Assembly (NCBI RefSeq): GCF_000341895.1
Contig: NC_020409.1
Location: forward strand, 660,001-692,000
Direction: 5' to 3'
DNA length: 32,000 nt
Source of the DNA: Pseudodesulfovibrio piezophilus C1TLV30
Lineage (GTDB): Bacteria; Desulfobacterota; Desulfovibrionia; Desulfovibrionales; Desulfovibrionaceae
Below the pieces are notes generated by a model. It was not told the DNA's origin and ran no database searches. It saw only the letters and a list, made by a program, of their open reading frames with translations. The translations under genes were made by a program, and so were the position numbers. Shown one piece after another: positions 14,926 through 25,405 of this stretch. Position 1 is the stretch's first letter. Every line of letters starts with the position of its first letter.

Positions 14926-15915
14926 TTAGCGAGTTGTATCGTGTAAAAATTGTTTTAAAGCCTTCATTTCACCATGAAGGCTTTTCCAACTGTACCGTCC
15001 ATCCAGCTTCTCCCCTTCAGCTGTAAATTGAATCCCAAGCCCGATAGCCCCACCCCGTCCACGAAAGCGACTTCGAATGACACCAACAACTGTAAAATAT
15101 GAAAATTTTTTACTTTTTGGGTTCCAGACACTAACCCGTAGAATCAATTCATTTCCTTGATTTAGAGTGGGCAAACCTCCTTTGGGATGTAAAATAAACA
15201 TGCGCATCCCACCCGCAGAGATATTCTCTACGCTTAATCGCATTTTTTCCCCATAGCGTGCTGGATTATTTATAGTTTGCAAATCCGGTTTTGCCATCCA
15301 GAATGATTTTCGCTTGTTCCCCTCCCAAGCCTTGACCCTGATAGCTCCTTCCCGCGTAACTCGCTGTCGACTATGTTTTCGTCTGACAATAAATCGATAC
15401 CGAACCGGAGTCATCAATGACAATGCTTTGATAACCGAACCTCGTTTACTCACCGATGCAACAAAAGTAGAAAAGGAATTCAACTTCTTGCCGGAATAAG
15501 TAAAAGGGTTGGTATAACAGATCACACGGGTGTTCTTAAGATTCAATGCAGTAGGTTCAACTTTAATTAGCTGCAATTTCATCATGCCATTAACAACTTC
15601 TTCCACACGCGCAGTCGCTATTTTTCGCCCGCTCCCATCTGTAGAATACTTATACACATTAACGATAATACCTTTTTTAATCAGGTAATTTTCGACAATA
15701 CTATGAGTACGAGGGGCAAAAACACGATAAAAAAGTCTGAGAATGGTAAAACCGATAATATGACGATAGTGCCAAAGCGCCATCACGAGTATAAGGGGCA
15801 CTGTAATCAACAGAATTTTGGAAAAAACAACAACCAAATCAATTCGGTCGGACCCACTGCCGAATGTCCGCTGGACATCACGCAAATATTCAAGTTGAGC
15901 AGTAAAATCCAACAT
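14926..15915 (-). CDS. Membrane-anchored PilZ-domain protein (putative c-di-GMP receptor)
   Basis: The track start is TTG 15930; the first ATG is at 15915. It has an N-terminal TM segment (ILLITVPLILVMALW). PilZ motifs are RRKHSRQRV and ENISAGGMRM. Confidence 0.7.
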   Translation of the reverse strand: MLDFTAQLEYLRDVQRTFGSGSDRIDLVVVFSKILLITVPLILVMALWHYRHIIGFTILRLFYRVFAPRTHSIVENYLIKKGIIVNVYKYSTDGSGRKIATARVEEVVNGMMKLQLIKVEPTALNLKNTRVICYTNPFTYSGKKLNSFSTFVASVSKRGSVIKALSLMTPVRYRFIVRRKHSRQRVTREGAIRVKAWEGNKRKSFWMAKPDLQTINNPARYGEKMRLSVENISAGGMRMFILHPKGGLPTLNQGNELILRVSVWNPKSKKFSYFTVVGVIRSRFRGRGGAIGLGIQFTAEGEKLDGRYSWKSLHGEMKALKQFLHDTTR

Positions 15916-16137
15916 AAGAACAACTTCCAAAGTTCAAATAGTTATAAATAATGGGCACTCACAGCAAACTATCGAAGATGATTTCGAATAAAAACAATCT
16001 GTCATACAGTCAATACAATAGATATCAAGTCGTTAGCATGCTGGCAATGAGATGTCTTAATGAGCAGGCTCGCATTACCTTAGGTACTGTTAACTCAACC
16101 TTCTGAAAAAGAGTCATCCCCTTACGGGGTACGAAAC

Positions 16138-16154
16138 TTGCCAATCGATGGCAA
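16138..16154. promoter_or_regulatory. Inverted repeat upstream of the HdrD/GlpC-like gene
   Basis: TTGCCA-ATCGA-TGGCAA: 6-bp arms, 37 nt upstream of ATG 16191. Confidence 0.25.
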
Positions 16155-16190
16155 ATGGTTAGTTACTGAGAAACGAGAGACACCGGCACT

Positions 16191-17489
16191 ATGAAGAAAA
16201 AACAAGAAACACAGCACACCCAATTTCTGAATACCTGCGATTTTTCCAATTGCCTCGTCTGCGGAGCGTGTTCCAATGGTTGCCCGACTACAGGAGCACC
16301 TGATTTAGCAGGCTGGGACACGAGGAAAGTCATGCGTATGCTGGCAAATGGTCTTATTGATGAGGTCATTGCATCAAAGTTCCCCTGGCTTTGTACCGGA
16401 TGCGGTCGGTGTACCAGCACCTGCCCTGGCGGTCTTGATATACCCTCGATCATGACACACCTCAAGAGTCTGCGGCCGAAGGAGGATATCCCCGGCACAC
16501 TGTATCAGGGTATGATCAACAACCTCGAAACCGGCAACAATTTGGCTATTTCCCCCAAAGATTACCTTGAAGGCATGGCTGAACTTGGCCACGATTTGGC
16601 AAAAGAATGTCCCGGCTTCTATGTTCCTGTTGACAAAGACAATGCCGAAATACTTTTCTTCCCCAACTCCAAAGAAGTCTATGGGGATTTTGAGGATCAA
16701 TTCTGGTGGTGGAAAATATTTTACGCAGCCAAGGAAAACTGGACGGTTCCTGGAAACAATTGGGAAGCGGTTGATTGGGCTCTTTTCACAGGGAACGATA
16801 AAGCAAATGAGGAGCTTGCCAGACGAAAAATAGCCTACATGAAGGATCATTCCATCAAAAAGATGATTATGCCCGATTGTGGTGGCGGGTCCTACGGCTG
16901 CCGGAAAGGAATGTCCAAACTGAATACACTGGACCCAGCGAATGAAGTGGGCTTCTTGTACCTGTATGACTATCTCATCGAAATACTTAAGACTGGCCGT
17001 ATCAAACTGGATAAATCGGTCCATAGTGGCAAAAAATTTACATATCATGACTCGTGCAAACATGGTCGTGAGTTGGCCAGGACCTATGGCAAAGGCTATT
17101 TTGATGAGCCTCGGTGGATTCTCAACCAATGTGTGGATAATTTCGTAGAGCTGACTCCCAATCGTGAAAAGAATTATTGTTGTGGAGCTGGTGGAGGTCT
17201 CTGGCCCATGCCCTTTGAGGCGCAGTCAGCATGGCATGCCCGATACAAACGTCGCCAGATTAAAGAAAGTGGAGCAGATGTCGTTGTCGTGGGGTGTTCC
17301 AACTGTCGCGATCAAATCATGAAACGTATACCCAGGTATTTTGAGGGATGTGAATTTGAAGTCAAATATATATGGCAGTTGGTTGCCGAAGCACTGATTA
17401 TTGAACCGTGGTCCCAAGAAGAGATCTCGCAAGGTGAAAAGCAAGCAGTGACCCAATGGAAAGCGCTTGATATTTCTCTTGAATCTTAA
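16191..17489 (+). CDS. HdrD/GlpC-type (Fe-S)-binding protein with two CCG domains
   Basis: 432 aa. Two ferredoxin-type motifs (CLVCGACSNGCP and CTGCGRCTSTCP). Two Cys-rich CCG-type regions (DSCKHG and NYCCGAGGG...VGCSNCRDQ). Confidence 0.8.
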   Translation: MKKKQETQHTQFLNTCDFSNCLVCGACSNGCPTTGAPDLAGWDTRKVMRMLANGLIDEVIASKFPWLCTGCGRCTSTCPGGLDIPSIMTHLKSLRPKEDIPGTLYQGMINNLETGNNLAISPKDYLEGMAELGHDLAKECPGFYVPVDKDNAEILFFPNSKEVYGDFEDQFWWWKIFYAAKENWTVPGNNWEAVDWALFTGNDKANEELARRKIAYMKDHSIKKMIMPDCGGGSYGCRKGMSKLNTLDPANEVGFLYLYDYLIEILKTGRIKLDKSVHSGKKFTYHDSCKHGRELARTYGKGYFDEPRWILNQCVDNFVELTPNREKNYCCGAGGGLWPMPFEAQSAWHARYKRRQIKESGADVVVVGCSNCRDQIMKRIPRYFEGCEFEVKYIWQLVAEALIIEPWSQEEISQGEKQAVTQWKALDISLES

Positions 17490-17519
17490 ATGATACCCCC
17501 CTTGTATTCTTTTTATAAG

Positions 17520-17540
17520 GCCCGGTTTTTCCGGGCTTTT
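17520..17540 (+). terminator. Rho-independent terminator
   Basis: GCCCGG-TTTTT-CCGGGC followed by TTTT, 30 nt after the stop at 17489. Confidence 0.7.
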
Positions 17541-17735
17541 CTGTTGCTGCTTTGGCAAAACAATTGTAAAGGATGGAAGGGAATATACAGAATCACAACT
17601 TTGGAAAACATGCTCATTCTTTGCAGATTCAGAATATTTTTTACGCTCATTTAAACTTTCGTTGCGTAAACAATTTGCGAGTTCCCCTAATGAAAAGAAC
17701 TCCCCACTTTCAGACAGACTTATCAAGGTACAATC

Positions 17736-18881
17736 ATGAATTTCGAATTCAGCACAGCCCATAGAATCATTTTCAAACAAGGAGCCTCCCAGCAAATACC
17801 AGCTCTTGCAGCCCAATTCGGAGAACGACCATGCCTGGTTATTGGAAGTAATCCGAACAGGACTGCATGGCTTCGCGATGCATTCAACGAGCCTCCATTG
17901 ATCATTCAAATGGCAACAGAACCGGATACTGACAGCATGGTCAAAGCCGTGGCTGCGGTACGTGATGGCAACTGTGATGTGGTCGTTGCTTTAGGCGGGG
18001 GGAGTGTTCTTGACACGGGCAAAGTCCTGTCGGCACTGGCTACGAATAAAAAAGATATATTTGAGTATCTTGAAGTCGTTGGAAGAGGCACGCCACTGAC
18101 GAATCCACCTCTTCCTATGATCGCAGTTCCCACAACAGCCGGTACTGGTTCGGAAGTTACAGCCAATGGTGTTCTTCTCTCAAACAAGCATGGCGTCAAG
18201 GTCAGTCTTCGCTCATCTGAAATGATTCCGAACATATCAGTCATTGACCCGGAATTGACACTCTCAATGCCCCACTCAGTTACAGCGTCAACCGGAATGG
18301 ATGCCTTAACCCAACTGATTGAAGCCTATGTTTCCAACAAATCGAATCCCATTACAGACGCTCTGTGTAGAGAAGGCATAATGCGCGCCGCCACCTCCCT
18401 CCATGCGGCATGTGAAGACGGAAAAAACATAGCCGCCCGTGAGGATATGTGCATCGCAAGTCTGTTTTCCGGGATCGCTCTTGCCAATGCAAAGCTTGGA
18501 GCCGTGCACGGATTCGCCGCCCCTATGGGAGGAGAATTCAAAGCTCCCCACGGGATGATCTGTGCCAGCCTCCTGCCTCATGTCATACGTGCAAATATCC
18601 AAGCTCTTCGTCTGCGAACACCGGAATCATCCACTTTGTTCAGGTATACTGAAATAGCGGTCATGCTTACTGGTGACGTTACCAATGAGGCAGAAGATGG
18701 CGCTGACTGGATTCAAAATTTATGTTCCGAGTTGGGAATCCCTTCACTGGCAGGCTTGGGTGTACCATCAAAAGACTTTGACAAATTGGCTCAAAAAGCC
18801 GCCCAAACCAGCAGTATGAAAGGGAATCCGATAGAATTAACCCATGAAGAATTGATTAAAATTCTTGAGAGTGCAGCCTGA
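17736..18881 (+). CDS. Iron-containing (group III) alcohol dehydrogenase
   Basis: 381 aa with the GGGSVLDTGK nucleotide-binding motif. It has PTTAGTGSE and the conserved His-containing helices (GAVHGFAAPMG, HGMICASLLPHV). Confidence 0.85.
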   Translation: MNFEFSTAHRIIFKQGASQQIPALAAQFGERPCLVIGSNPNRTAWLRDAFNEPPLIIQMATEPDTDSMVKAVAAVRDGNCDVVVALGGGSVLDTGKVLSALATNKKDIFEYLEVVGRGTPLTNPPLPMIAVPTTAGTGSEVTANGVLLSNKHGVKVSLRSSEMIPNISVIDPELTLSMPHSVTASTGMDALTQLIEAYVSNKSNPITDALCREGIMRAATSLHAACEDGKNIAAREDMCIASLFSGIALANAKLGAVHGFAAPMGGEFKAPHGMICASLLPHVIRANIQALRLRTPESSTLFRYTEIAVMLTGDVTNEAEDGADWIQNLCSELGIPSLAGLGVPSKDFDKLAQKAAQTSSMKGNPIELTHEELIKILESAA

Positions 18882-19997
18882 TCAAAGAAATGACGAAAGC
18901 AGAGGTCCTCGTCGGGTGGGTTTGCCCACAAGTTGTGGAACGTACTTATTCAGCAGAAAAATACAAGGAATACAAGAGACAAGGCTCACAACCGTAAACC
19001 CTATTCCAGCGGTGGTCACAAAGAACCAATGGGCAGGAAGAGTAGTATGGACCCATGCGGCGTATGGCCCATTCAGAAAATGATAAAAAACGCCGTTAAG
19101 ACAGAAAAGAATCAAAGCATTCTCTCCCATGAACATGAAGAAAGAGTTTGCTCCAAAACTCTTTGCCAAAAGAAAAACCATGAAACTTCCCATGAGAGCT
19201 GTCAGTGGAAAAAGGAAAATATGACCATGGCCGGATGCAAGGATGACTACAGCATCAAACACTCTGAAGGGGCCGGTATTTTCGTCATATGTGAAAATAA
19301 TTCCCAGCAGACATAGCACACACATTGCCAGGAGCTTCCAACGTGGCCGAGTTCCCAGCAAAACAGATTCTCGCCGAATAATGACACCAACCAGGTAAAA
19401 AGAATACACAACCGGTAATTCATGAAGAACCCAGAAATTATATTCCGGAAAGAATCGGAAAGACAATGTGATAAAATATCCTGTAAGATAGAAAACCACT
19501 ACAGCCAAAAGAAGTCGTGGTGTGGAATTCAAAAACCGCCCTATACAATAATGCAGGATTTCCACTGTTACTAGAGAAGCAAGAAACCAAAGAGGGACAT
19601 TGAAGAGAGGAAATCCTCGCAAAGTCGAAATAAAAGCCGCCAGATAACCAAAAAATGAAGACAGATCTGTGAGTGGGAAATCTCCTGGAATAACAAAACT
19701 TGCCAAAGCCATAAGAAGAGAAAAAAAACAATATGGAACCAATCGGGAAGCACCCAATCTCTTCAAATATTTTTTTACCGGCAACAATATCTTTTCAGGA
19801 GCAAGAGTAACACCTGCCAAGATATAAAAGAATGGCATATGAAATGAATAAATGAATTTGTATTGAGAGCTGGCAATCGGATTATTTAAGTACATAATCC
19901 GCTCAATAATATGACCATAGTAGACAAGTGTTATGCCAATAAAGCGGGCAACGTCCAGCACCGGAATACGCCGGGATGAAGTGGTATGAAACTGCAT
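18882..19997 (-). CDS. Acyltransferase family 3 integral membrane protein
   Basis: The track start is TTG 20003. ATG 19997 has SD AAGGA 6 nt upstream. The N-terminal RIPVLDVARFIGITLVYYGH motif and ~10 TM segments are typical of OafA/acyltransferase-3 proteins. Confidence 0.72.
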   Translation of the reverse strand: MQFHTTSSRRIPVLDVARFIGITLVYYGHIIERIMYLNNPIASSQYKFIYSFHMPFFYILAGVTLAPEKILLPVKKYLKRLGASRLVPYCFFSLLMALASFVIPGDFPLTDLSSFFGYLAAFISTLRGFPLFNVPLWFLASLVTVEILHYCIGRFLNSTPRLLLAVVVFYLTGYFITLSFRFFPEYNFWVLHELPVVYSFYLVGVIIRRESVLLGTRPRWKLLAMCVLCLLGIIFTYDENTGPFRVFDAVVILASGHGHIFLFPLTALMGSFMVFLLAKSFGANSFFMFMGENALILFCLNGVFYHFLNGPYAAWVHTTLPAHWFFVTTAGIGFTVVSLVSCIPCIFLLNKYVPQLVGKPTRRGPLLSSFL

Positions 19998-20055
19998 AAT
20001 CAATCCTTGAGGGAAAAATTCCTTTGATCATCCAAAGAATTTAAAACAGCCACAG

Positions 20056-21567
20056 TCACTCAACCCAATCAAGCGTTCTCTTTACAGCTTTACCCCATCC
20101 TCTATATCCAGAACTTCGTCTTTCTTCATTCATATCCGGCTGCCAAGTTTTGTCCTCTTCCCAATTATTATACAATTCTTCACGCCCTGACCAAAAGCCG
20201 ACCGCGATCCCAGCCGCATATGCCGCCCCAAGGCAGGTTGTTTCGGCAACCTTGGGTCTAACAACCGGAACATTAAGGATGTCAGACTGAAACTGCATGA
20301 GAAGCTCATTGTAAACCATGCCCCCATCAGCTTTGAGAGTTTCAAGAACTACCCCCGAATCCTTATTCATTGCCTCAACGATATCCTTTGTCTGATAGGC
20401 TGTGGCTTCAAGGACAGCACGTGCAATATGGTTCCTGTTAATATATCGTGTCAGCCCCACCATGACACCACGAGCATCCGGTCGCCAGTATGGAGCATAC
20501 AACCCGGAAAAAGCCGGGACAATATACATGCCACCGGTATCTTCAACCTTGCTAGCCATGGCCTCTATTTCCGGGGCGGATTGAAACATTTTGAGATTAT
20601 CTCTTAGCCACTGTACCAAAGCACCGGCAATGGCAATGGAACCTTCAAGACAGTATGACGGTTTACGCCCGCTAAACTGGTACGCCAGAGTTGTAATCAA
20701 CCCATGTTGAGACTGAATTGGCTCGTGACCGGTATGCATCAAGAGGAAACACCCGGTCCCGTATGTATTTTTGGCCTGCCCCGGAGCAAAACACGTTTGC
20801 CCGACCAAGGCTGCCTGCTGATCTCCAACAGCACCACAAACAGGAATTCGAGCACGAAGAGGGCCGCTCTCCGAAGTTGGTCCCCATGTCCCTTCATCTG
20901 ACGAAGGCACGATCCGAGCCAAACCGGAAGCAGGGATTCCCAGTATACCAAGAATCTCTTCATCCCATTGCAATGTCTCCAAATCCATGAGCATGGTCCT
21001 GCTGGCATTCGTGACATCCGTGACATGCGCTCCCCCCCGTGGCCCCCCAGTCAGCCACCAGATAATCCATGTTTCAATAGTGCCAAACATGGCTTCACCC
21101 CGGTCTGCCGCAGACTTTGCTTCCGGGACATTCTCCAGAATCCATTTTATCTTTGGCCCGGAAAAATATGTTGCGATGGGAAGCCCTGTCTTGGACCGAA
21201 ACCAATCCTGGCCACCTTCGGCTGTCAGGTCCTTGCAAATGTCGTGAGTTCGGGTGCATTGCCAAACAATGGCATTATAAAAAGGTTTTCCTGTATAACG
21301 ATCCCAAACAACAGTTGTTTCCCGCTGATTCGTAATACCTATGGCTGCCAGTTCCTTCCCTTTGATCCCGGATTTAGTGAGTGCCCCTCGAATCACTTCT
21401 TGAGTATTATTCCAGATTTCCATGGGATCATGCTCCACCCATCCCGGCCCTGGATAAATCTGCCTGTGCTCTTTTTGATCAAGACCGACAATACGCCCTT
21501 TTTCATCAAAAATAATAAAACGACTACTAGTTGTCCCCGAATCCACTGCTCCAATATACTTTACCAT
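20056..21567 (-). CDS. glpK: Glycerol kinase
   Basis: 503 aa. [34 protein letters not shown] and [10 protein letters not shown] are full-length FGGY glycerol-kinase motifs. SD AAGGAAGGAG. Confidence 0.95.
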   Translation of the reverse strand: MVKYIGAVDSGTTSSRFIIFDEKGRIVGLDQKEHRQIYPGPGWVEHDPMEIWNNTQEVIRGALTKSGIKGKELAAIGITNQRETTVVWDRYTGKPFYNAIVWQCTRTHDICKDLTAEGGQDWFRSKTGLPIATYFSGPKIKWILENVPEAKSAADRGEAMFGTIETWIIWWLTGGPRGGAHVTDVTNASRTMLMDLETLQWDEEILGILGIPASGLARIVPSSDEGTWGPTSESGPLRARIPVCGAVGDQQAALVGQTCFAPGQAKNTYGTGCFLLMHTGHEPIQSQHGLITTLAYQFSGRKPSYCLEGSIAIAGALVQWLRDNLKMFQSAPEIEAMASKVEDTGGMYIVPAFSGLYAPYWRPDARGVMVGLTRYINRNHIARAVLEATAYQTKDIVEAMNKDSGVVLETLKADGGMVYNELLMQFQSDILNVPVVRPKVAETTCLGAAYAAGIAVGFWSGREELYNNWEEDKTWQPDMNEERRSSGYRGWGKAVKRTLDWVE

Positions 21568-21637
21568 GACAGACTCCTTCCTTACCCTATCGAATAGCTA
21601 CCATAAGAGTCGTGTACCCTTATCGTAAAATTTTTCA

Positions 21638-22495
21638 CTACAACACAGGCCGCCTCCACGGGATACTGTTTTCCTTCACCCCTAAAACGGTCTCATCCAA
21701 TCCCAAAGCTGTTCCAATTAACTGTGTTACCAAAACAGCAGGAGGAGCTAAACGCAAAGAGGCATTGACCGGAAGTTTTGCGCGGCTACGATCAAACTGC
21801 AATTGACAATAGGTGCACGCAGTTGCAAGTACATCCGCTCCCGCAGAGGCGGCATCTTCCAACTTCTTCCGCATGAGAGCGTCCGAAATTTTGTCATCCC
21901 GCCCTCGAAGTGGATGCCCACAACACTCCAGACGAAGGTCCCATTTAACACTTTCAGCACCAATCGACTCAACGAGACGTTCAAAAAGAGTTGGAGCCAA
22001 AGGGTCATCAAACCCGGTGACAATACCGGGACGCAAGGCATGACACCCATAATGACAGGCCACCCGCACTCCTGACAGAGGGGTTTTCGTCATTCCGGTC
22101 AGGACTTGGAATCCCACATGGCTCTCCAACACATTCAGAAGGTGGAAAACTGGTACCGCTTCGGGAAAAACAAGCCCCTCCCGATGGAGTATCTGAAGCA
22201 CTCGTGTTCTCTGCTCAACATCCTCCTGCATCCGGGACTGAGCATATTTGAGATTGCCAAAACAACACTTGCAAGGGGTAAGAATAGGAAGTCCCGCCCG
22301 GTGCGCAATAATGAAATTGCGAACAGCCGAGTAAAGAGACGCCACTTCACTCTCATGCCGAACAGGCCAACCGCAACAGGAGAACTCCAACTTGACCAAC
22401 TCAATGCCCACAGCAGCACAAACAGCTTCCAGAGAAGATCCGTACCAAGGAAGATGATGGGCAATCTTGCACCCGGGAAAATAAGCAAACTTCAC
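21638..22495 (-). CDS. HdrB-like CCG-domain protein (heterodisulfide-reductase subunit B family)
   Basis: 285 aa with a GTG start preceded by SD GGAGAG. MKFAYFPGCK...FSCCGWP and LECCGHP are the two CCG motifs. It immediately follows the HdrC-like fusion gene. Confidence 0.8.
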   Translation of the reverse strand: MKFAYFPGCKIAHHLPWYGSSLEAVCAAVGIELVKLEFSCCGWPVRHESEVASLYSAVRNFIIAHRAGLPILTPCKCCFGNLKYAQSRMQEDVEQRTRVLQILHREGLVFPEAVPVFHLLNVLESHVGFQVLTGMTKTPLSGVRVACHYGCHALRPGIVTGFDDPLAPTLFERLVESIGAESVKWDLRLECCGHPLRGRDDKISDALMRKKLEDAASAGADVLATACTYCQLQFDRSRAKLPVNASLRLAPPAVLVTQLIGTALGLDETVLGVKENSIPWRRPVL

Positions 22496-22504
22496 ACTCT
22501 CTCC

Positions 22505-24109
22505 TCAGCTTCTTTCTCGCTTGCGAGCTGCAACGATATTTCGCAGTTCATACAACACATCAGCAACTTTGATATTCTGAGGACAATGTTCCTGACATTT
22601 ATAGCACGTGGTGCAGCTCCAAACCATCCGCACCCCCAGAGCCTGATCCTTCAATCCCATGCGCAACAAATTCATTATCTGCTGTGGAGTCATATCCAAA
22701 TCTCGCGAAGGATCTTCACTCACCGCCACGACCGGACACACGCTGGTACAGGTAGTACACTGTACACAGTCCCAAAAGGATTCGGCGTTATCCGCAAGTC
22801 CCGATAACGAAGAAGGAGCACTCGAATCCGCATAGACTGCGATTCGTTCCTCACTACGCATTTGACGTATTGCACGGTTGGAGTCAGGGAATTGTTCGGA
22901 AACAAGTGGCTTGGATGCCAGCCAAAGATTCTGAAGGTTGATGCCAGACGGACAAATATCCGTACATCGTAGACATTCCGTACAGATCCTGCTCCCTTCG
23001 GAAAAATGATTCATTTCCTGCCAGGAAAACCTCTTTCCCTGAACAAATCGTTTTAAAGAGACCAGTTTTTCAGATGGTAAAATATCTGGAGTGCCCAACA
23101 CGGTAAAAATGGGAGCGACACTGCAATGCAAACTACATATTCCGCAACGAGTACACGCATCCATGCCCACCCCTTGAGCAATAAAATTTGTCTCGGTATT
23201 ACCGTCTCGACGCCCGTGCCTAAAAAGAAGATTGATGGGAACAGAGAGAGGATGCAGAAATTTTCCGAATGGAAGCGCCGCAAGACCGACAAAACAAAAG
23301 ATAATATGACAGTACCAAAAGACCTGATCCGCTCGACTTCTGTTTAATGCCTGAGCAAGTGGTCCCAAAACAGATGCCATGTAACGAGAAACAAAAGCCG
23401 ACTCGGTCGGAGAATGACAGGTGGAACAGTTTTCCTCGGACAACTGCGCTCCTTTGCTCACCATATCATCCCCTAGCGGAAGGGGAATGGAAAAAACGAC
23501 ACCATTTTCCTTGCTCCAAAATGCTTTCAGCGCCGTTAAATCACTGCCCTCCTCTGCGATAAAATATTCATTCGTCATCCTATCAAAGACGGCGGGAGAA
23601 ATGACCTTTGATGTCTCTAGTAAAAAACCTGAAAGAATTATTCCTCCAACAACGAAGAGGAGAGTCCAATCCTGAGTACGGCTCAAACTTCTCAAGCGGG
23701 GGAATATTACCCGACGTAGAATCATAAGCCCAAGTCCGACCAAGGTTATCAGCCCAAAAAGATTCCGCAACAATTGCCATGGATCAAGAGGAGACTCGTA
23801 CGCTGGGAAAAACCGGGCAGTGACCAAATCGTCAAGAGCGTGAAAGAAAAGCAATCCCATAAAACCAAAAAAAACAAGACAATGAGCAAGCCAACGAACG
23901 CCGCTTCCACGCAACGTGCGGGAAAGCATAAGGATGTCTTGTACCCCTTTCCCGATTACGCCAAGCCAGTTTAGCGGTATGGGAGGTTGCTCCAGGCATT
24001 TAGCATCCTCAAAAACACGCTTGACACACCCCCATTGCACGAAACGGAAGACCAAGCCTACAGCACAGATAGTCAACGCCAAAATCAATCCCAGATTGAA
24101 AAACGTCAT
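22505..24109 (-). CDS. Fusion protein: NarI/DsrM-like heme-b membrane domain plus HdrC-like 4Fe-4S domains
   Basis: The track start is TTG 24127; ATG 24109 has SD GAGGGGAGG. The N-terminal ~300 aa carry about 5 TM segments with conserved His (WLAHCLVFFG, FFHALDD, WYCHIIF, FLHPL). The C-terminal half has four Cys clusters (CTRCGICSLHC, CTECLRCTDICP, CVQCTTCTSVCP, CTTCYKCQEHCP). Confidence 0.72.
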   Translation of the reverse strand: MTFFNLGLILALTICAVGLVFRFVQWGCVKRVFEDAKCLEQPPIPLNWLGVIGKGVQDILMLSRTLRGSGVRWLAHCLVFFGFMGLLFFHALDDLVTARFFPAYESPLDPWQLLRNLFGLITLVGLGLMILRRVIFPRLRSLSRTQDWTLLFVVGGIILSGFLLETSKVISPAVFDRMTNEYFIAEEGSDLTALKAFWSKENGVVFSIPLPLGDDMVSKGAQLSEENCSTCHSPTESAFVSRYMASVLGPLAQALNRSRADQVFWYCHIIFCFVGLAALPFGKFLHPLSVPINLLFRHGRRDGNTETNFIAQGVGMDACTRCGICSLHCSVAPIFTVLGTPDILPSEKLVSLKRFVQGKRFSWQEMNHFSEGSRICTECLRCTDICPSGINLQNLWLASKPLVSEQFPDSNRAIRQMRSEERIAVYADSSAPSSLSGLADNAESFWDCVQCTTCTSVCPVVAVSEDPSRDLDMTPQQIMNLLRMGLKDQALGVRMVWSCTTCYKCQEHCPQNIKVADVLYELRNIVAARKRERS

Positions 24110-24139
24110 GCCTCCCCTCTTTGCCAATAGAACGGTCGT

Positions 24140-25405
24140 CTACAATTGCAACTCTTGAACAGCTTTATATGCTGTTGATATGGCAAGCCCGGCACCACAT
24201 TTCATGCGCATCCAATCATGATGTGCGAGAATGGTCCCTGCGGCGTACAAATTTTCATAAAGAACTCTTCCACCGGAAAGAGGACGTAGGTGTATATCAA
24301 CCTCGACCCCAGCCATATTAAGCGGATGGCCTTTGGCTGTAAAAAAGGTATCGCCATGCCAATTATTTCTATTTTCAGGCTGAATAACAGGAACACCAAA
24401 AACAGCCTCTATCACATTATGCCTTTGAGCCTTGAGCCCTTTTCCAAAGAATCGCCCTGTCGCCAGAATAACATTTTTAGCCGCCACGGTCACGATGGCC
24501 GCTCCTTTGCCTGCTTCGAGTAGAAAAGTTCCATCTTCTCGAACCTGCACTTTTTCAACCATCTTTTGCGACAAGGTACGGACTCCGCGATGGGGAAGAC
24601 TTCGATCAAAAACTGCCCGAAGGCGAGGCCCGGCAATGGAGGGAGGGAGAGTTGGGATTTCAAAAATCTGCTTTCCTGTCATGTCTTCAAGATGACGGAT
24701 GACCATACGAGGATCATTCAGGCCCAAAACCGCTGGAAACCCTATATACTCTGCTGAATGGATGTGAGGAACAACTGATTCGGCAAGCTTGACTCGATTC
24801 ACTGGATCAGCCAAAGCCCAGGCCATGTGTTCCGGATAAAGTTCTCCCCGACTCCCGGGAAAATCAAGCCGCACAGTTCTGAGAGCTGGCCAATCATGGA
24901 TATGGGACTCAACTAATTGAGTTCCGCTAAATCCTTTGAGCCCATGAAAATCAACTATCAATGTCGCAGATCTTTTTGTCAGAGCCTCTGTTCCCTTCCA
25001 GGCTGAGCCCGGCACACGGTACGTTCTTTTCACGGTTCCGGCGGGAGTTAGGGCGCAGATATTATGATCATTAGCCCCTACATAATCCAAACCCATTTCA
25101 TTTAAAAAATCAGTAAACTCATCAATACCGTTGCGAATCTCAGCATCAGAGAGCAAAGCGTACGGATGGTCGGGCCGATCATGAACCACAGCTTTAATCG
25201 CTTTCCAGGGATTCTTCCATCGTCTTCCCTCTTCGATGGGATGGACTCCCATCAAATCGATGAACCCGGTGCTGAAATCAATGCCACCGGTCGAGCCAGC
25301 TTGAACAACGCTCAGCCCCCTATTCGAAGCAAAAAGAGCGGCAGCCATCCCGGCAAAACCGCTTCCTATGACCATCACATCATATATTTGATGCTCCTGT
25401 GTCAT
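24140..25405 (-). CDS. glpB: Anaerobic glycerol-3-phosphate dehydrogenase subunit B
   Basis: 421 aa with the FAD fold YDVMVIGSGFAGMAAAL. Its length and N-terminus are collinear with GlpB. The start overlaps the glpA stop (ATGA). Confidence 0.85.
   Translation of the reverse strand: MTQEHQIYDVMVIGSGFAGMAAALFASNRGLSVVQAGSTGGIDFSTGFIDLMGVHPIEEGRRWKNPWKAIKAVVHDRPDHPYALLSDAEIRNGIDEFTDFLNEMGLDYVGANDHNICALTPAGTVKRTYRVPGSAWKGTEALTKRSATLIVDFHGLKGFSGTQLVESHIHDWPALRTVRLDFPGSRGELYPEHMAWALADPVNRVKLAESVVPHIHSAEYIGFPAVLGLNDPRMVIRHLEDMTGKQIFEIPTLPPSIAGPRLRAVFDRSLPHRGVRTLSQKMVEKVQVREDGTFLLEAGKGAAIVTVAAKNVILATGRFFGKGLKAQRHNVIEAVFGVPVIQPENRNNWHGDTFFTAKGHPLNMAGVEVDIHLRPLSGGRVLYENLYAAGTILAHHDWMRMKCGAGLAISTAYKAVQELQL

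Noticed and set aside
16374-17129. 251-aa minus-strand ORF
   Set aside because: It lies entirely antisense within the HdrD/GlpC-like gene, which has clear Fe-S and CCG motifs.
17551-17566. TGGCAAAACAATTGTA upstream of the alcohol dehydrogenase gene, as a possible sigma-54 promoter
   Set aside because: The spacing is right, but the -12 element reads TTGT instead of TTGC. It lies about 170 nt from the ATG, and no activator gene is adjacent. This is too weak to call.
17226-17909. 227-aa minus-strand ORF bridging the 17490-17735 intergenic region
   Set aside because: It overlaps the 3' end of one supported gene and the 5' end of another, and it runs through a clear plus-strand terminator. The sequence is low-quality with no motifs.
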